Source: Perna viridis (Eukaryota). Taken from it: a DNA stretch of 64,000 bases. The notes beneath the pieces were generated by a model. The model did not search any database. It saw only the letters and a program-made list of their open reading frames with translations, and was not told the origin of the DNA. This document shows positions 1-13,413 of this stretch, piece by piece (positions within the stretch are counted from its first letter, which is position 1; every line of letters begins with the position of its first letter). The position numbers were made by a program, and so were the translations under genes. Where the stretch lies: positions 34,906,001 through 34,970,000 of the forward strand of contig CM074517.1 of the NCBI GenBank assembly GCA_037379345.1. Reading direction: 5' to 3'.

Positions 1-326
1 TACATCAGATAAGCATGATAAAACAGATTATAATCAAAATAAAGTTTGAAGGAATAAAAACATAAGAAAAAAATAACAACAATAACAATTGCCCTGTCAC
101 GTTAGCCAACATAAAATTCATGAAAAATGAAAACGAATATGCTGTTTACCAGCTGACACCACGTGGTGGTGTGACTAGGACCTTGGGAATAGAACCCTTT
201 GTCAACCTTTTTTTCCCAGCTATTTACATATATATACATAGTCAACCAGCACTGTAACTTAGCACTAGAACAACAAAGCACTGCAGTTAAATGTCACATA
301 AGCATTACATAATCATAATATTAATG

Positions 327-560
327 TTAGAGAATGTTCAGAGAATCACTGATCAGCTTGTGCAGCAGGGGGGGGGCGTTGTCGGATGGTCCATATAATC
401 TGGCGACACACTTCAGGAAGTGGGTTGTCGTAATCTGGCGGTCCATATACTGGTCCCAGCAGGTCTGTATCTTCTCCTCCAACTTGGTGTACTTGGGGTT
501 GTTGTCCCTCTCTAGGTCGTCGGCAGCAACGGCGATGTCTACCAGCTGGGCTGTTGCTGT
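327..560 (-). pseudogene. Possible C-terminal fragment of a MULE-type transposase
   Basis: Translation KYTKLEEKIQTCWDQYMDRQITTTHFLKCVARLYGP resembles the C-terminal helical tail of invertebrate MULE transposases. No catalytic core is visible. Confidence 0.4.
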
Positions 561-2566
561 TGCTGTTCTTGGATCAACAAAACGTTTTGTGAGTATTTTT
601 GTATTATGATGACTCAACTTCAAGAACTTTTTCTCTAACCAAGTTTTAGTTACGGACAAAATAAGATGAAATTATATATTGGGCCATATAATAGCTCTGC
701 AGGTCCACAACGTCGAGTTCTTGTTGGCATACTCAGGGCGAACATGTAACTAGGGCGAAACCACCCGATACCGTTTCGCCACGGACTGACAATACATATC
801 CGAGTTTTCTCTGTAATTATCTTTTCGTATAACACTTGTTGTCTTGTCGATGCAGGAACGCATAAGATGAGCATTCCAGTAACGTAGTAAATAGTTGTAC
901 AAAAAGTTATTTCATGGCTAGCGAAGGAGTTAAATTTAGGTAAATGCTACATATAATATAAATCCTTGGGTTAACGAATGACACTGCACATTCTCGGGAC
1001 TTTGTCTTGATTAAACATAGTACGTGTACATTTTAATACCCAGATCTAACGTAAGATGCAGGCATTTCCGTTCGTCCATAGGATGGTGCCATATCAGAAA
1101 ATAATTTCCATGCAAGCGAACCTCTTTCACGGGCTGCAGTAATTCGGTTTTGTAATGTAAATTAAAGCATTGACTGTAAAATCATTGATGACAGTTACAC
1201 GCATAGACTTGTAATTAATTATGACTCCCTGTTACATGTACGGTTTTAATTCGCTAGTTACTGTAAAATTATAAAAACCTTATATAAATTAAAAGAAAAA
1301 AACTCATTCACTAGTAAGCAGATCCTTTCAGTAAATATAATTATATACAAGGACTTTTATAATAGCCTATCAAAATCCTTTGGTTGTTATATTCAAAAAA
1401 GAAGTATTAAAAATGATATAATTGGATTAATGTGGATAATTTCATGCAAAATTTTGGTGAAAATGAGGAAATATACTATGACACACCCCTTTTTTCTAGA
1501 CCCCCACCCCTTTTAGAACCCACTTTCAAAATCTCGGTTAAGTTTACGTACGACACTACACAGGCCTGGTGACGAATAGAATCGCCCTGAGGTAATTTTT
1601 AAAAAAATGTTTTATAGCTCAGACAGAACAGGTGAATCAACAGGTGACAGGATTTACCTATCCAATATTGCAGTAGATGTTCGTTCCCTTACAGTTCTGG
1701 TCATCCGTGTGCATATAGTGTACAAAAGTGCGTTCCTGTTATATACAAGAAGCTTTTACAGATGAGATGATGACAAAGGTATACTAGTATATTCCAACAA
1801 TACAGTAAAAATCCTTAACTGTATAGTTTCAAAATCGCCTACATACATGTAGGGAAACTGAAGCTCTAAAGTTTGTCATACCTCTGGTTATAGCTACAAT
1901 TTATATAATATGTATTAAACTGTATTGTACATACGTGTAATAAGATTCGCCCATTCTACTTTTCGAAACACTATACGGTGGAATCTATATGTACAATCTA
2001 TACCTGGTGTACACTGAACATACTATTTTGTACTTTTTACCAAGACTTAGTGTCTACACGTTGAAATTCAATGAAAGTGTACATTGCGCGTTTTTCGATT
2101 CAACTTTTGCGTCAATTGGATAAAAACTAGTTTAATTGTCCCAACATATTTCCCTGTGGTTGAATTGCGCTTAAAAAGACTGGCACTAATTGTGTCAGTT
2201 TACCTGTAAAAGGTAGTGATATCAAATATTTCATAAAAATATGAAAATAAAATAGAAGTTAAGAATATATATATCCCAAAAATGCCAAAAAGATGTAATC
2301 TACAGTTAAATAGATTTTCCTTGTATTGGATCTAGTACTGAAAAATCTTTTAAATGAACATTAACTCCGCCCGGATAACTCGCCGGTCCAAAGTCTGGAT
2401 GTCCCTATCATATGTAAAATCAATTACAATTCTTCCGATGCGCGGTTCAGTCACGGTGCTTCACACGTCATACAATAAGGACACAACCCATGTCATGCCA
2501 AAAACTGTTTTAAAATATAGGAGAGTTCTTCGTGATGTCATCACTTACCTTTGATTTTGGATTTGG

Positions 2567-2949
2567 ATGTTGCTACAAGATTGAAGTCATCACTACAGAA
2601 GTTTTATGGTCGTCATCATGAACTCGTGGATCGTTATGGTGCATCCATCAGCACCATGAAAACTGATTTATTCAACGGGTCATAGTTTTCCTTTCCTCGT
2701 TTGTCTACCCCGGACTTGACTTTTTATGAGCAACTCGGCGGGTGTTTCTAGAAAAGCAGAGGACGCTTACCCTACCGGTGCACCTGGTCCATGCTCCCAG
2801 TAATGGAGTCCGAGTTGCTCATTTACTGTTGTTACTTTGTATGTATGATTTTAGTTACTTTGTTGTATGTCTGTTTTCCATGTCTGGTCTTTGTCCCTGG
2901 ATTACATTCTTTTGATTACAGCTATAACCTTGGTTCCCTTGATTACTCT
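2567..2949 (+). mobile_element. 3' fragment of a Penelope-like retroelement (dispersed repeat, copy 1)
   Basis: Encodes ATRLKSSLQKFYGRHHELVDRYG. Near-identical to 48443-48840 and 43840-44245, and partly to 14986-15144 on the minus strand. Confidence 0.7.
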
Positions 2950-4379
2950 TGGCAAAAAATTCCCTTGAGTGGCATGGGGCATCAACTTTATATCATCATA
3001 AATGTTTTCGTTTTTTAAGATAATTGAAAAATTCTTTTGGTTCTCTACACTGTCAATAATACTCTTTTTATCCACGGAATTTTAAAATAAATGTTCAGTA
3101 ATTAGACTATGTGAGCATAAAAATTTTAAAATATTTTTTTAATGATAATAGAGGTTTACATATAAATATCATTTCAAATTTATTTTTTTTAAGTAAAAGA
3201 GTAAAAAAAAAATACACATAAAATATGAATTATTTTATCTAAATGAAACATTTTACAGAACCAAAATTGGATATAAAATAACAAAGTCATAAAGTTTTGA
3301 AAATTTGGATTCTAATCATGAATTTGCTAATTGTTTATTTCGTTGTTTATTTGCCAACCAATTTGACACTTAATGATATGAAAATTAGTGAATATGACAT
3401 CACTAATGAGATTGGTGAACTCTGCTATAGTGGTCCAATTTCTATTTAAAGACTCCATGAGCGAATCAATGAAATACCAAAAAAATGTCATCCTTAAAGA
3501 TCTGACAAGAATATCATAACATTATATCCCTTACGAATAAGCCTATTCAACGGTTTAGTTTACTTATTGGGCGACTATCGAGCTTTCCGTGCTATGTGTA
3601 GAATATTACCGTAAAACAAAGGGTGAGAGACAAACATGAATATTTGTCCATAACAAATGAATGGTTATTATTAACAAAGTTATCTCTATAAGAGTCAAAA
3701 TGAAAAGTCTGCATAAAATTTATATGGTATTATCAAAGTACAACTGGAAAGTTTGCAACCATTGCAATGATCATCGTCAGGCATTTCCTTTGGACATTGA
3801 GGATTAAACCAGGTTTTATGGCGGCTGTCCTTGGTCCCCTTATAAATTGATTTTTAATGTGACATTTGTGCTTAAGAAATAATCAAACAAATAGTCGTTT
3901 CACATATTTTCGACAAAAGTGAATAGAATGTATCATTTTCATAATTTTCTTGGGTAAATTTAGGGTCCTATGTCAGCTCCTATTTTGTAAATCTCTTGAT
4001 CTGCCACACGAAACACGTACGAAGCCATATTACGGGATGTATTTATTACCTAGATTATAAGTGCCCCCAGCTAAACCGACCACTTCCTGTATATTGTACT
4101 CAATAAACAGTAAAACGGAATATCGAGCTGTTAATACCTGTAGTCATTTTCTCGTAATAAAAAAAAATGAGTTTTATGTACACATTTTGACTGTAGATTT
4201 TGATTTTTTAAATTCATTGTAAAGATCAATTCAAATCAATATCTGTATAAGTTAAGTAAGGCAATCATGCTCACCGGTACAATGTTACAACAAACGACAG
4301 CACATATCCCAGTATTCTAACAACTGAACAGAAGATAATATACGTTAGAATTGCAAATATACCTAATCATAATTAAAGT

Positions 4380-4642
4380 AATTAAGTTAAGACCGTAAAT
4401 GCATGGAAAAGGAACCTACATAAATTACGCATCACCTTGAAATTTCCAGTGATTTTGAAATATATGCATGTACTATAGTTTGAAAGAGGGTGGGCTTCTA
4501 AAATAATAAGGCTAGACATACTGGCGTCACAACTCGATACAAAATGAAATTCATCCTCGACACGTTTCATAGTGCATAAAGCACACTATTTGACATCTCT
4601 ATACCATAGTAACGCCCAGTTTCAACAAACAAGGAATGTGAT
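4380..4642 (-). mobile_element. RTE-X/L2-like LINE 3' remnant split by the BEL insertion (continues at ~13087-13250)
   Basis: Removing the BEL element and one TSD restores the minus-strand reading CKLR*SSHSLFVETGRYYG...CALCTMKRVEDEFHFV..C, the C-terminal Cys/His motif of LINE ORF2. Confidence 0.75.
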
Positions 4643-5451
4643 TGTAAAAGTTAACTGTTTTCCGGAATTTTAATCCGGTACGATTCCGTATTTAGAATAG
4701 ACACGTTGAAATATCTTACGCCATTTGCAATTTTGACGAAACTAATTTACGTTTTAGAGTTTATAAGCCCAAAGAGGTATGTAATCGTAATATTATTAGT
4801 GTAAATAATGTTTTCATATCATTGTTTCAATCGTGAGTACATTTTTATTTGAATTTTATTGATTTTGAACAACTATTTTTAGAACTACAACATTGACGAT
4901 TGTTTACACAGACATTTTCTTTTAAATTGGCGTATTTTGATCGTATGCATCCATATCTCATTATTTTGCGTAGATTTATAATTAATCAGCTTAATTCTAT
5001 GATATTTCAAGTTGAAAAGTTCTTTGTCAAGTTTGATTTTTACGATTTTGTTGATAAGTAAATAAACGTGAGGCTCCAAGTAATTATTTTATTGATTTTT
5101 AGAAATACTTTATGACCGAATTTATCGTAATTTTTCATGGTAAATTGTGTGTTATTTTATATTGTTTTGATGCTTCATGAACATGGTTTTGTACTCACAC
5201 AATTTTATTGTATTTTTGACAGTTTTGACGTAGACGTTTATATGCAGTATCAAAGAGATTTCATTCATGGATTATTGTTGAAGTGTTGCGTAATATTGCG
5301 TTTCTGATTGCGAATAGATAAATGTTATATATTGCGAAATCCATATATAATATTATTGAAATCACATCACGTCTGACAATAAATATTTTCAGTACAAACT
5401 TTTGGGTTTCAATTAACAACTCCTCGCGGTGGTTCGATCACTGCCGTGATA
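4643..5451 (+). repeat. BEL/Pao 5' LTR (TGT...GATA)
   Basis: Direct repeat of 12280-13086 with roughly a dozen differences counted by eye. Confidence 0.95.
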
Positions 5452-5600
5452 GTCAAAACTCTTATATTTACTCATGTGTGGAGTCCTAATTGTAATATGT
5501 GTTGAATCTAAACTCTTGCGTTGAATGAACAGTATTGCGAACTGTCTTAAAAGTTATTCAGTGGAATTCCAATTAGAGTAATAAAGTTTTTGATGAACAA

Positions 5601-6296
5601 ATGAGTGAAAACAAATTGCGAAAGTGCATACGGAAGGGCACAACAGATGTGAAAGCTGACTTATCATTTACTCCAGTGTTTGTTACCGACAGTAAAGGTA
5701 AATACTTGAGATGTTGTGCGACTGACGATAGAATAAAGTTTTATTATAAAAGTTCTGTAAATTCTGAAGATATCAAGAAGTGGTTTAAGAACATTCCGAA
5801 ACTAGTGTCGAAATATTCTAGAGTGAGAATATATTTATGGATTGGTACATGCGACTTGACAGTTAAATCTGGAAGATACATTGTTTTGAACAAGGATTCA
5901 TCTGTAAAAACATTCAAGGATAATTTACTATTTTTGAAGGACACATATGCATCAGAAAGTGTAAAAATTACATTTATTCATGTACCATATTATTCAATAA
6001 GGATCTGGAATAAGACGAAAGGACATAAATCACCAGAACAGTACACGAGTGATGATGAGACATTAAATTCACGAATAGATAATATAAATAACTACATAGA
6101 CGATTTGAATTCAGAGTTAAGTTCATATAGTCCGAAGATAAACGGAGACCTTCTGCGAAGTCGAAAACGTGCGAATTCCGTGCAAAGATACTCACAGAAC
6201 TTTAAACTGTTGCCTGATGGTATACACCCTGGTACAATTCTTGCGAAAGCCTGGTTTGTTACTCTAGTGAAAATTATAAACAGAGACTGTGTGTAG
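5601..6296 (+). CDS. SGNH/GDSL hydrolase (esterase-like) accessory ORF upstream of BEL gag
   Basis: Intact 231-aa ORF with block I FVTDSKG (Ser nucleophile), block III WIGTCD (GxND-like) and block V DGIHP (Asp/His). Confidence 0.85.
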   Translation: MSENKLRKCIRKGTTDVKADLSFTPVFVTDSKGKYLRCCATDDRIKFYYKSSVNSEDIKKWFKNIPKLVSKYSRVRIYLWIGTCDLTVKSGRYIVLNKDSSVKTFKDNLLFLKDTYASESVKITFIHVPYYSIRIWNKTKGHKSPEQYTSDDETLNSRIDNINNYIDDLNSELSSYSPKINGDLLRSRKRANSVQRYSQNFKLLPDGIHPGTILAKAWFVTLVKIINRDCV

Positions 6297-6620
6297 AGTG
6301 TAGGCAGGGGAAGCTCAGTCACACTCAGGTTTGTTTACATTATTATAATATTTCACTGTAGTTTCATGTTAAGACATATGCTGATTATAATATAAGGGTA
6401 ACACATGGAATTAATTTAGGTCAAGGTCAGGTTACATTTAACATGCATGTACATGTTGGTCATGATAGGCTAAGTGTCTATTATTAGTATTTAATACATA
6501 TATGTTATTAGTACATATATGACTCTGGTTTATTTTATGATATAGGCTAAAAATTGAGTGAACACTGTGTGTAGGCTGGGATTGCTCAGTCACACACAAG
6601 ATAAAGGTACATGTTTAGCC

Positions 6621-8100
6621 ATGTCACATGCTAATGAGACTGCTCAGGGTGCACAAGGTGTAGATAATAAGGTTAAAGATGAAAAACCCTCAAGAGACAT
6701 TAAGTATACAGAAAAGGGTCTAGAATATCAGATTGCTCAGAAATGTAAAACTGTCAGACAATTTATTTCTCAGTGGCATACTGAAGCAGAAAAGCTAAAT
6801 GTTGTTCTATCAGACTCTTCTGAAAGTAGTGTAATAACGAATGCACGAGACCATCTATTGAAAGTCATGAATGATCTACGAATAGAATGTAGCGTATTGA
6901 AATCATTGTTAGGAGAGAGCACAGAAGATGTCCCTAAGTATGATGACATTGAGAATGAACACCATAGACTCATATCTAGCGTTGCGGATGTACTATTAGA
7001 TCTGAAGAGTGACGTTGAAGTATTCTCAAAGGCACGTTCTAAAGTAAGCGTAAGATCTCGTTACTCATCTAAAAGGTCAGTAGGGTCAGATCATTCTGAG
7101 AAACAACAATTAACAGCAAAGAAGGAAGCACTGAAAATTGAGCTGAAATATATGGACAGGGAGTCTAAGGCGAAATTGGAATATGATCGAATTAAGGCTA
7201 TGAAAAAGTTGGACATCACTGAAGCTACATTGGAAGTTCATGACAGAGATGAAGATGACGAGTTAAATAGTAGGCTGGATTTACCTGTAGCATCAAAGGA
7301 CGAGAAAGTAAGCAAATATGTAAACTCATACGATCACAAAAAACCAACCAGAAACGACATTGATGATCAAGAACATGACATGACTCATCTTAAAAGTACT
7401 CCCTCTACTGGTATGCAAAATTTAATGGAGGCTGATGTCACAATGCCACAAACTTCTAAGGTCAGAATCGCGTCTCAAGAAAGTCATGGTGTGTCTAAGT
7501 CTAAGCCAACAAATACTACAGTCAGTTTTAGACCTCTACCAAATACACAGAACACGCTTAACCCAGATGCGAATGCGTTCACACCAGTCTCACATAATGA
7601 TATATCAGGGTCGGCTACCCGTGGAACAATGGCACCTACATTGGGTATGAATCAGACCACAGTAGATAATGGACTATCTGCGATTATGAAAACTTTGATG
7701 GACCATGTAAGTCTTGGCAGACTACCATCTCCGGAACCTCCTGTCTTCAGTGGCGATCCTCTGTTATATCCTGGATGGAAGGCAGCATTTAGTACGCTAA
7801 TAGAGCAACGACACATACCGAAAGCCGAGCAAATTCATTATTTGAAGAAATATCTCGCTGGACCAGCGAAGGAAGCTGTAGAGAACTACTTTCTACTTTC
7901 TAGTGATGCTGCTTATGATGAAGCCAAAATTCTATTAGACGAGCGGTTTGGGGATCCATTTGTGATCGGTAATGCATTTAGAGTTACAAGTTGGAAAAAT
8001 GGCCCAAGATTGCATCTCGAGACAGTAAAGCGCTCCAGAAGTTTGCAGATTTCTAGAAATGTTCAAAGCTGCACCCAACTGCATTCCATGGTGATGTAGA
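6621..8100 (+). pseudogene. BEL/Pao gag (coiled-coil plus DUF1759-like region), frameshifted and 3'-deleted
   Basis: PEPPVFSGDPLLYPGWKAAFSTLIE...HYLKKYLAGPAKEAVE...LDERFGDP. Frame is lost near 7985 and no zinc knuckles are seen. Confidence 0.85.
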
Positions 8101-8224
8101 TCATTCAAAGGTACAATCAAAGGACTCAAATAATCCCTTTACTTGTGAAACAAAGTCAATAGTTCAGGCGTCACATACGAGCATATCATTTCTTAGTAGT
8201 AGCAAAGCTCTTAGCAAGAACAGT

Positions 8225-11200
8225 ATGGTACTACCAGTGTACTTGTCACATAGCGATAATCCAGACAATGAAAGGTTGGTGTATGCTATGTTAGACACAC
8301 AATCTGATACTTGTTTCATCCTAGAGGATACCTGCAGATCTCTCGGTTTGGCTGGAACAGGTGTCACACTTAAGCTTTCTACAATGCTAGCAGAGAATAA
8401 AACCGTTAGAAGTGCTCGTTTTAAGGGACTACTGGTGCGAGGACACGACAGTACATAGAATAGCTCTACCAGATACCTTTTCTAGAAGTATTATTCCGGC
8501 TAACAAAAGCCACATACCCACTCCGGAAATGCGAGATCATGGTCTCATCTTAGTACCATAGCTGATAAATTAATGCCCATGGCAAACTGTGAAATAGACC
8601 TGCATATAGGTTACAACGGTCAAGGTACTACAACCGGTCGAAGTTTCTAGGATGTTCGAGTTGGACTTTAGTGAGAATACGGCATGCAATGATTCAAATA
8701 GTATGTCACAGGAAGACAAGAGATTCATTCAGGTTGTAAGTGACGGAATTGAGTTCGACGATAGTAGTGGACATTACAGTTTACCACTACCGTTTAAAGG
8801 AGAACCTCCTCATCTTCCTAATAATAGATTTGTGGCGATGCGGAGACTTACAAATCTCACCAAGCGATTCAAGGCGGGTAAACGATATTATGAGCTCTAT
8901 AAGGAATTCATGGAAAATCTTATTAAGAGAGGTCATGCCGAGATTGTTTCTCAGTCAGAAATGTCCCAAGATGAAGGCTTTGAATGGTATATTCCGCATC
9001 ATGGAGTGTTTCATCCACGGAAACCGGATAAGTTGAGAGTTGTATTCCACCGCAGTTCTAAGTTTAAAGACAAAAGTTTAAATGACCACCTACTGCAAGG
9101 TCCCGATCTAACAAACACCCTCATTGGAGTCTTATGTCGTTTTCGACAGGGAAAGATCGCATTTACATGTGACATTGAACAAATGTTTCACCAGTTCTAT
9201 GTTCACAAGAACCATCGCAATTATCTTCGTTTCCTTTGGTGGAAAGATGCCAACATGACGGAAGTTGCGGTTTATAGAATGTGCGGCCACCTGTTTGGAG
9301 CAACTTCTTCTCCTCGCTGTGCCAATTTTGGACTAAAACAAATCGCAGCAGATAATGAAGTTGAATTTGGATCTAATGTCTCAAATTTCCTTAGAAAAGA
9401 TTTTTACGTAGACGATGGGTTAAAGTAAGTAGCGTCTGTCAAAGAGGCCGTCCAGATGATAAAGGGTAGTCAAAATATATGTTCAAAGGGCGGAGTACGA
9501 CTTCACAAGTTAAGCAGCAATTCAAAAGAAGTTTTGAGTTCTATACCAGTCGAAGATCGAGCTGTCGGATTGAAAGACATAGATATTTTCAATCATCAAC
9601 TACCGATTGAAACAACACTTGGTGTTCAGTGGAACATTGAATCTGACGCATTTCAATTCAGAATTACATTGAGTGACAAGCCACTGACCCGTAGAGGAAT
9701 CTTGTCGGCAATAAGCTCTGTATATGATCCTTTGGGTTTCATATCACCAGTGGTATTGGTAGGAAAACAAATCTTACAACAAACATGCGGATATGATGTT
9801 GATTGGGACGACCCGATTCCCGAAAATTTGCATATGCGATGGAAACGGTGGAGAAGTGATTTGAATGAGTTAGCGAACCTACAAATCAAGCGATGTGTAA
9901 TTCCAGATGATTTCACTGATGTCAAAATTATGGAATTTCATCATTTTTCAGATGCAAGTTTGGTTGGATATGGTCAGTGTTCATATCTAAGATCTATAGA
10001 TGCTTCCGGACGAATTTATTGTTCGTTGCTAATGGGAAAGGCTAGAGTCGCACCTAGAAAAGCGATGACAATACCACGTTTAGAACTGACAGCAGCAGTA
10101 ATTTCAGTTAAGGTTCACGCTGTATTGAAACGGGAATTTGAGTTTGAGAACGTTTTGCACTTCTTCTGGACAGATAGCTCAGTTGTATTAGGCTACATTA
10201 TGAATGACGCTAAACGCTTTCATGTTTTCGTAGGTAATAGAGTTCAGCTTATCAGAGATCAAACCAATCCTTGTCAGTGGAAATATGTACAATCTAAGGA
10301 AAATCCTGCTGAAATAGCATCCAGAGGAGCAACAGCTTCAGAATTGATCAGCTCGAATTGGATAACAGGACCAACTTTCCTGTGGAATAAGGAATTACCG
10401 ACATCTCATGCAGTCACTGACTTGGAAGACATGAAAGACGATCCCGAGGTGAAGAAAGTTCAGTCATTTACGACTTGTACGGAAAATACGACTTCTTCGA
10501 TGTTAGATAGACTAGCTTATTTTTCTAGATGGGACAGAGCCAAACGTGCCATTGCTAATTGTATTCGTTTGAAGCGTCTGTTAAGGAAACGTCTGGACAA
10601 AGAAAACGAAACGACAAAGGAATGTGTTGAGCATAACTCTCAGACTGTTGAAGATCTACAGAGAGCTCAGGTTGAAATTTTGCGAATAGTTCAAGCTGTT
10701 CATTTTGAAAAGGACATTGATAAACTTAAACGGAATGTTGAAATCAGCAAAGATTCGAATCTTCATCGGTTGGATCCTATATTGGATGAAAATGGACTCA
10801 TCCGAGTAGGAGGTCGAACACGTCAATCGCTCGATGCATATGAAGTAAAACATCCGATCATTCTACCAAGGAAGGATCATGTTACTGACTTGCTGGTCAA
10901 ACACTACCATGAAAGAGTACAGCACCAAGGTCGAGGAATAACGACGAATGAATTGCGAAGTAATGGCTTCTGGATTTTAGGGTGTAGTTCAGCAGTAACA
11001 AACGTTATTTACCATTGTTACACATGCAGGAAGCTTCGTGGAAGGTCACAAGGTCAGAAAATGGCGGATCTTCCAAGTGATAGAGTTGAACCCGCACCAC
11101 CCTTTTCATACTGTGGCGTTGACTGCTTTGGACCGTTTCTAGTAAAAGAAAGGAGAAAGGAACTAAAAAGATATGGAGTGATTTTCACTTGCTTTACCAG

Positions 11201-12073
11201 TAGAGCCATTCATTTGGAAATTGCCAACTCCTTGGATACGGACTCATAAACGCTCTTCGTCGATTCTTATGTCTTCGAGGACCCATTCGTCATCTTAGGT
11301 CGGATAGAGGGACTAATTTTATCGGCGCTAAGAATGAGTTGGATCGCGCAGTGTCAGAAATGGACGACGAACGAGTAGCGGAATTTCTCAAAAATGAAGG
11401 ATGCGACTATTTCAATTTGAAAACTAATGTACCCTATGCAAGTCATATGGGAGGTGTCTGGGAGATGCAAATTAGGACTGTTAGAAGTATATTGGCAACG
11501 TTGCTGTCAAAATTAAGTCAACAACTTGATGATGAATCATTACGGACTTTCATTTGCGAAGTTACCGCAATCGTTAATTCACGTCCTCTCTCCATAGAAA
11601 ATGTGAACGATCCTCATTCACCTGTACTTACTCCCAATCACCTGCTGACAATGAAATCCAAGATCATTTTGCCACCTCCAGGAAAATTCATAAGACCAGA
11701 CTTGTATGTAAAGCGGAGATGGAGACGTATTCAGTATCTAGCGAATGAGTTTTGGTTAAGGTGGCGCAGAGAATATCTAAGTAACCTCCAAACTAGAGAC
11801 AAGTGGACCAAAACCCGTAGGAATTTCAAAGTTGATGACGTCGTCATGGTTATAGATGATAACCTGCCAAGAAATGTTTGGAAAATTGGCCGAATGTTTG
11901 AGGCTAATATTGACAATGATGGTTTAGTTAGGAAAGTTAGACTTTCGATTGGATCTTCTGATTTGGATTCTAAAGGTGTTAGAAGAACAAGCTTGATGGG
12001 ATTAGATAGACCTATTCATAAACTGGTTCTGTTACATGAGACCGAGGAAATCCCCGCCGATGAGCCTCAGTAA
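8225..12073 (+). pseudogene. BEL/Pao pol (protease, RT, RNase H/Pao domain, integrase) with stops and frameshifts
   Basis: VYAMLDTQSD (protease); YIPHHGV..KLRVVF, DIEQMF, FYVDDG (RT); HHFSDAS, TIPRLELTAA, FWTDS (RNase H); HHCC and DDE integrase motifs. Stop at 9426-9428, frameshift near 11247. Confidence 0.93.
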
Positions 12074-12279
12074 TATATGTATGTGTGTGCATTGACGCTT
12101 GTTTATTGATAAACTGTATTTTATCTGAACATGTAGTAAATATTTTGAAAATACTATTTGACATGAAATTTTGATGACGGTATTGGTCGCAATATTTTTA
12201 TACTAGTGCATTATTGTGTTAATACTTTTTCGATATTTTGAAATTTTGAAAATTGAAGAATTTCAATTTTGGGGAGCCA

Positions 12280-13086
12280 TGTAAATGTTAACTGTTTTCC
12301 GGAATTTTAATCCGGTACGATTCCGTATTTAGAATAGACACGTTGAAATATCTTACGCCATTTGCAATTTTGACGAAACTAATTTACGTTTTAGAGTTTA
12401 TAAGCCCAAAGAGGTATGTAATCGTAATATTATTAATGTAAATAATGTTTTCATATCATTGTTTCAATCGTGAGTACATTTTTATTTGAATGTTATTGAT
12501 TTTGAACAACTATTTTTAGAACGACAACATTGACGATTGTTTACACATACATTTTCTTTTAAATTGGCGTATTTTGATCGTATGCATCCATATCTCATTA
12601 TTTTGCGTAGATTTATAATTAATCAGCTTAATTCTATGATATTTCAAGTTAAAAAGTTCTTTGTCAAGTTTGATTTTTACGATTTTGTTGATAGGTAAAT
12701 AAACGTGAGGCTCCAAGTAATTATTTTATTGATTTTTAGAAATACTTTATAACCGAATTTATCGTAATTTTTCATGGTAAATTGTGTGTTATTTCATATT
12801 GTTTTGATGCTTCATGAACATGGTTTTGTACTCACACAATTTTATTGTATTTTTTACAGTTTTGACGTAGATGTTTATATGCAGTATCAGAGATTTCATT
12901 CATGGATTATTGTTGAAGTGTTGCGTAATATTGCGTTTCTGATTGCGAATAGATAAATGTTATATATTGCGAAATCCATATATAATATTATTGAAATCAC
13001 ATCACGTCTGACAATAAATATTTTCAGTACAAACTTTTGGGTTTCAATTAACAACTCCTCGCGGTGGTTCGATCACTGCCGTGATA
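12280..13086 (+). repeat. BEL/Pao 3' LTR
   Basis: Direct repeat of 4643-5451, preceded by the PPT at 12271-12279. Confidence 0.95.
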
Positions 13087-13254
13087 GTGATGATTATCTT
13101 AGTTTACATCTAGTAAGGCATTTTTTGTAACAAGTCCGTTTTGTTAAATATTTTTGCAGACTTGGTACAAATTCAACAACAAATTTGTACAAATAACTCT
13201 TAGGAGAGCCCTGAAAGGTTCCGTTTAGATCAAATGTTAAGTACCAGTCAACAT

Positions 13255-13413
13255 AAAATTCAGACACTGTTAATGGAGAAGTGATTCGTGTTGGATAAAA
13301 AGTAATTCACGGTGAAGAAAAACCTACCAAACAAAAATTCAGACACTGCTAATGGGGAAGTGATTCGTGTTGGATAAAAATTAATTCACGGTGAAGAAAA
13401 ACCTACCAAACAA
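13255..13413. repeat. Two-copy tandem duplication (~79 bp)
   Basis: aaaattcagacactg...cctaccaaacaaa occurs twice. Confidence 0.9.

Larger units (their letters stand above)
4643..13086 (+). mobile_element. Full-length BEL/Pao LTR retrotransposon with degenerate gag-pol
   Basis: Two ~808-bp direct LTRs; 5-bp TSD GTGAT at 4638-4642 and 13087-13091; PPT GGGGAGCCA; domain order gag-PR-RT-RH-IN with BEL-specific motifs. Confidence 0.96.

Noticed and set aside
4885-5079. Repeated 64/66-aa minus-strand ORFs (also 12516-12716)
   Set aside because: They repeat only because they lie within the LTRs; no protein motif.
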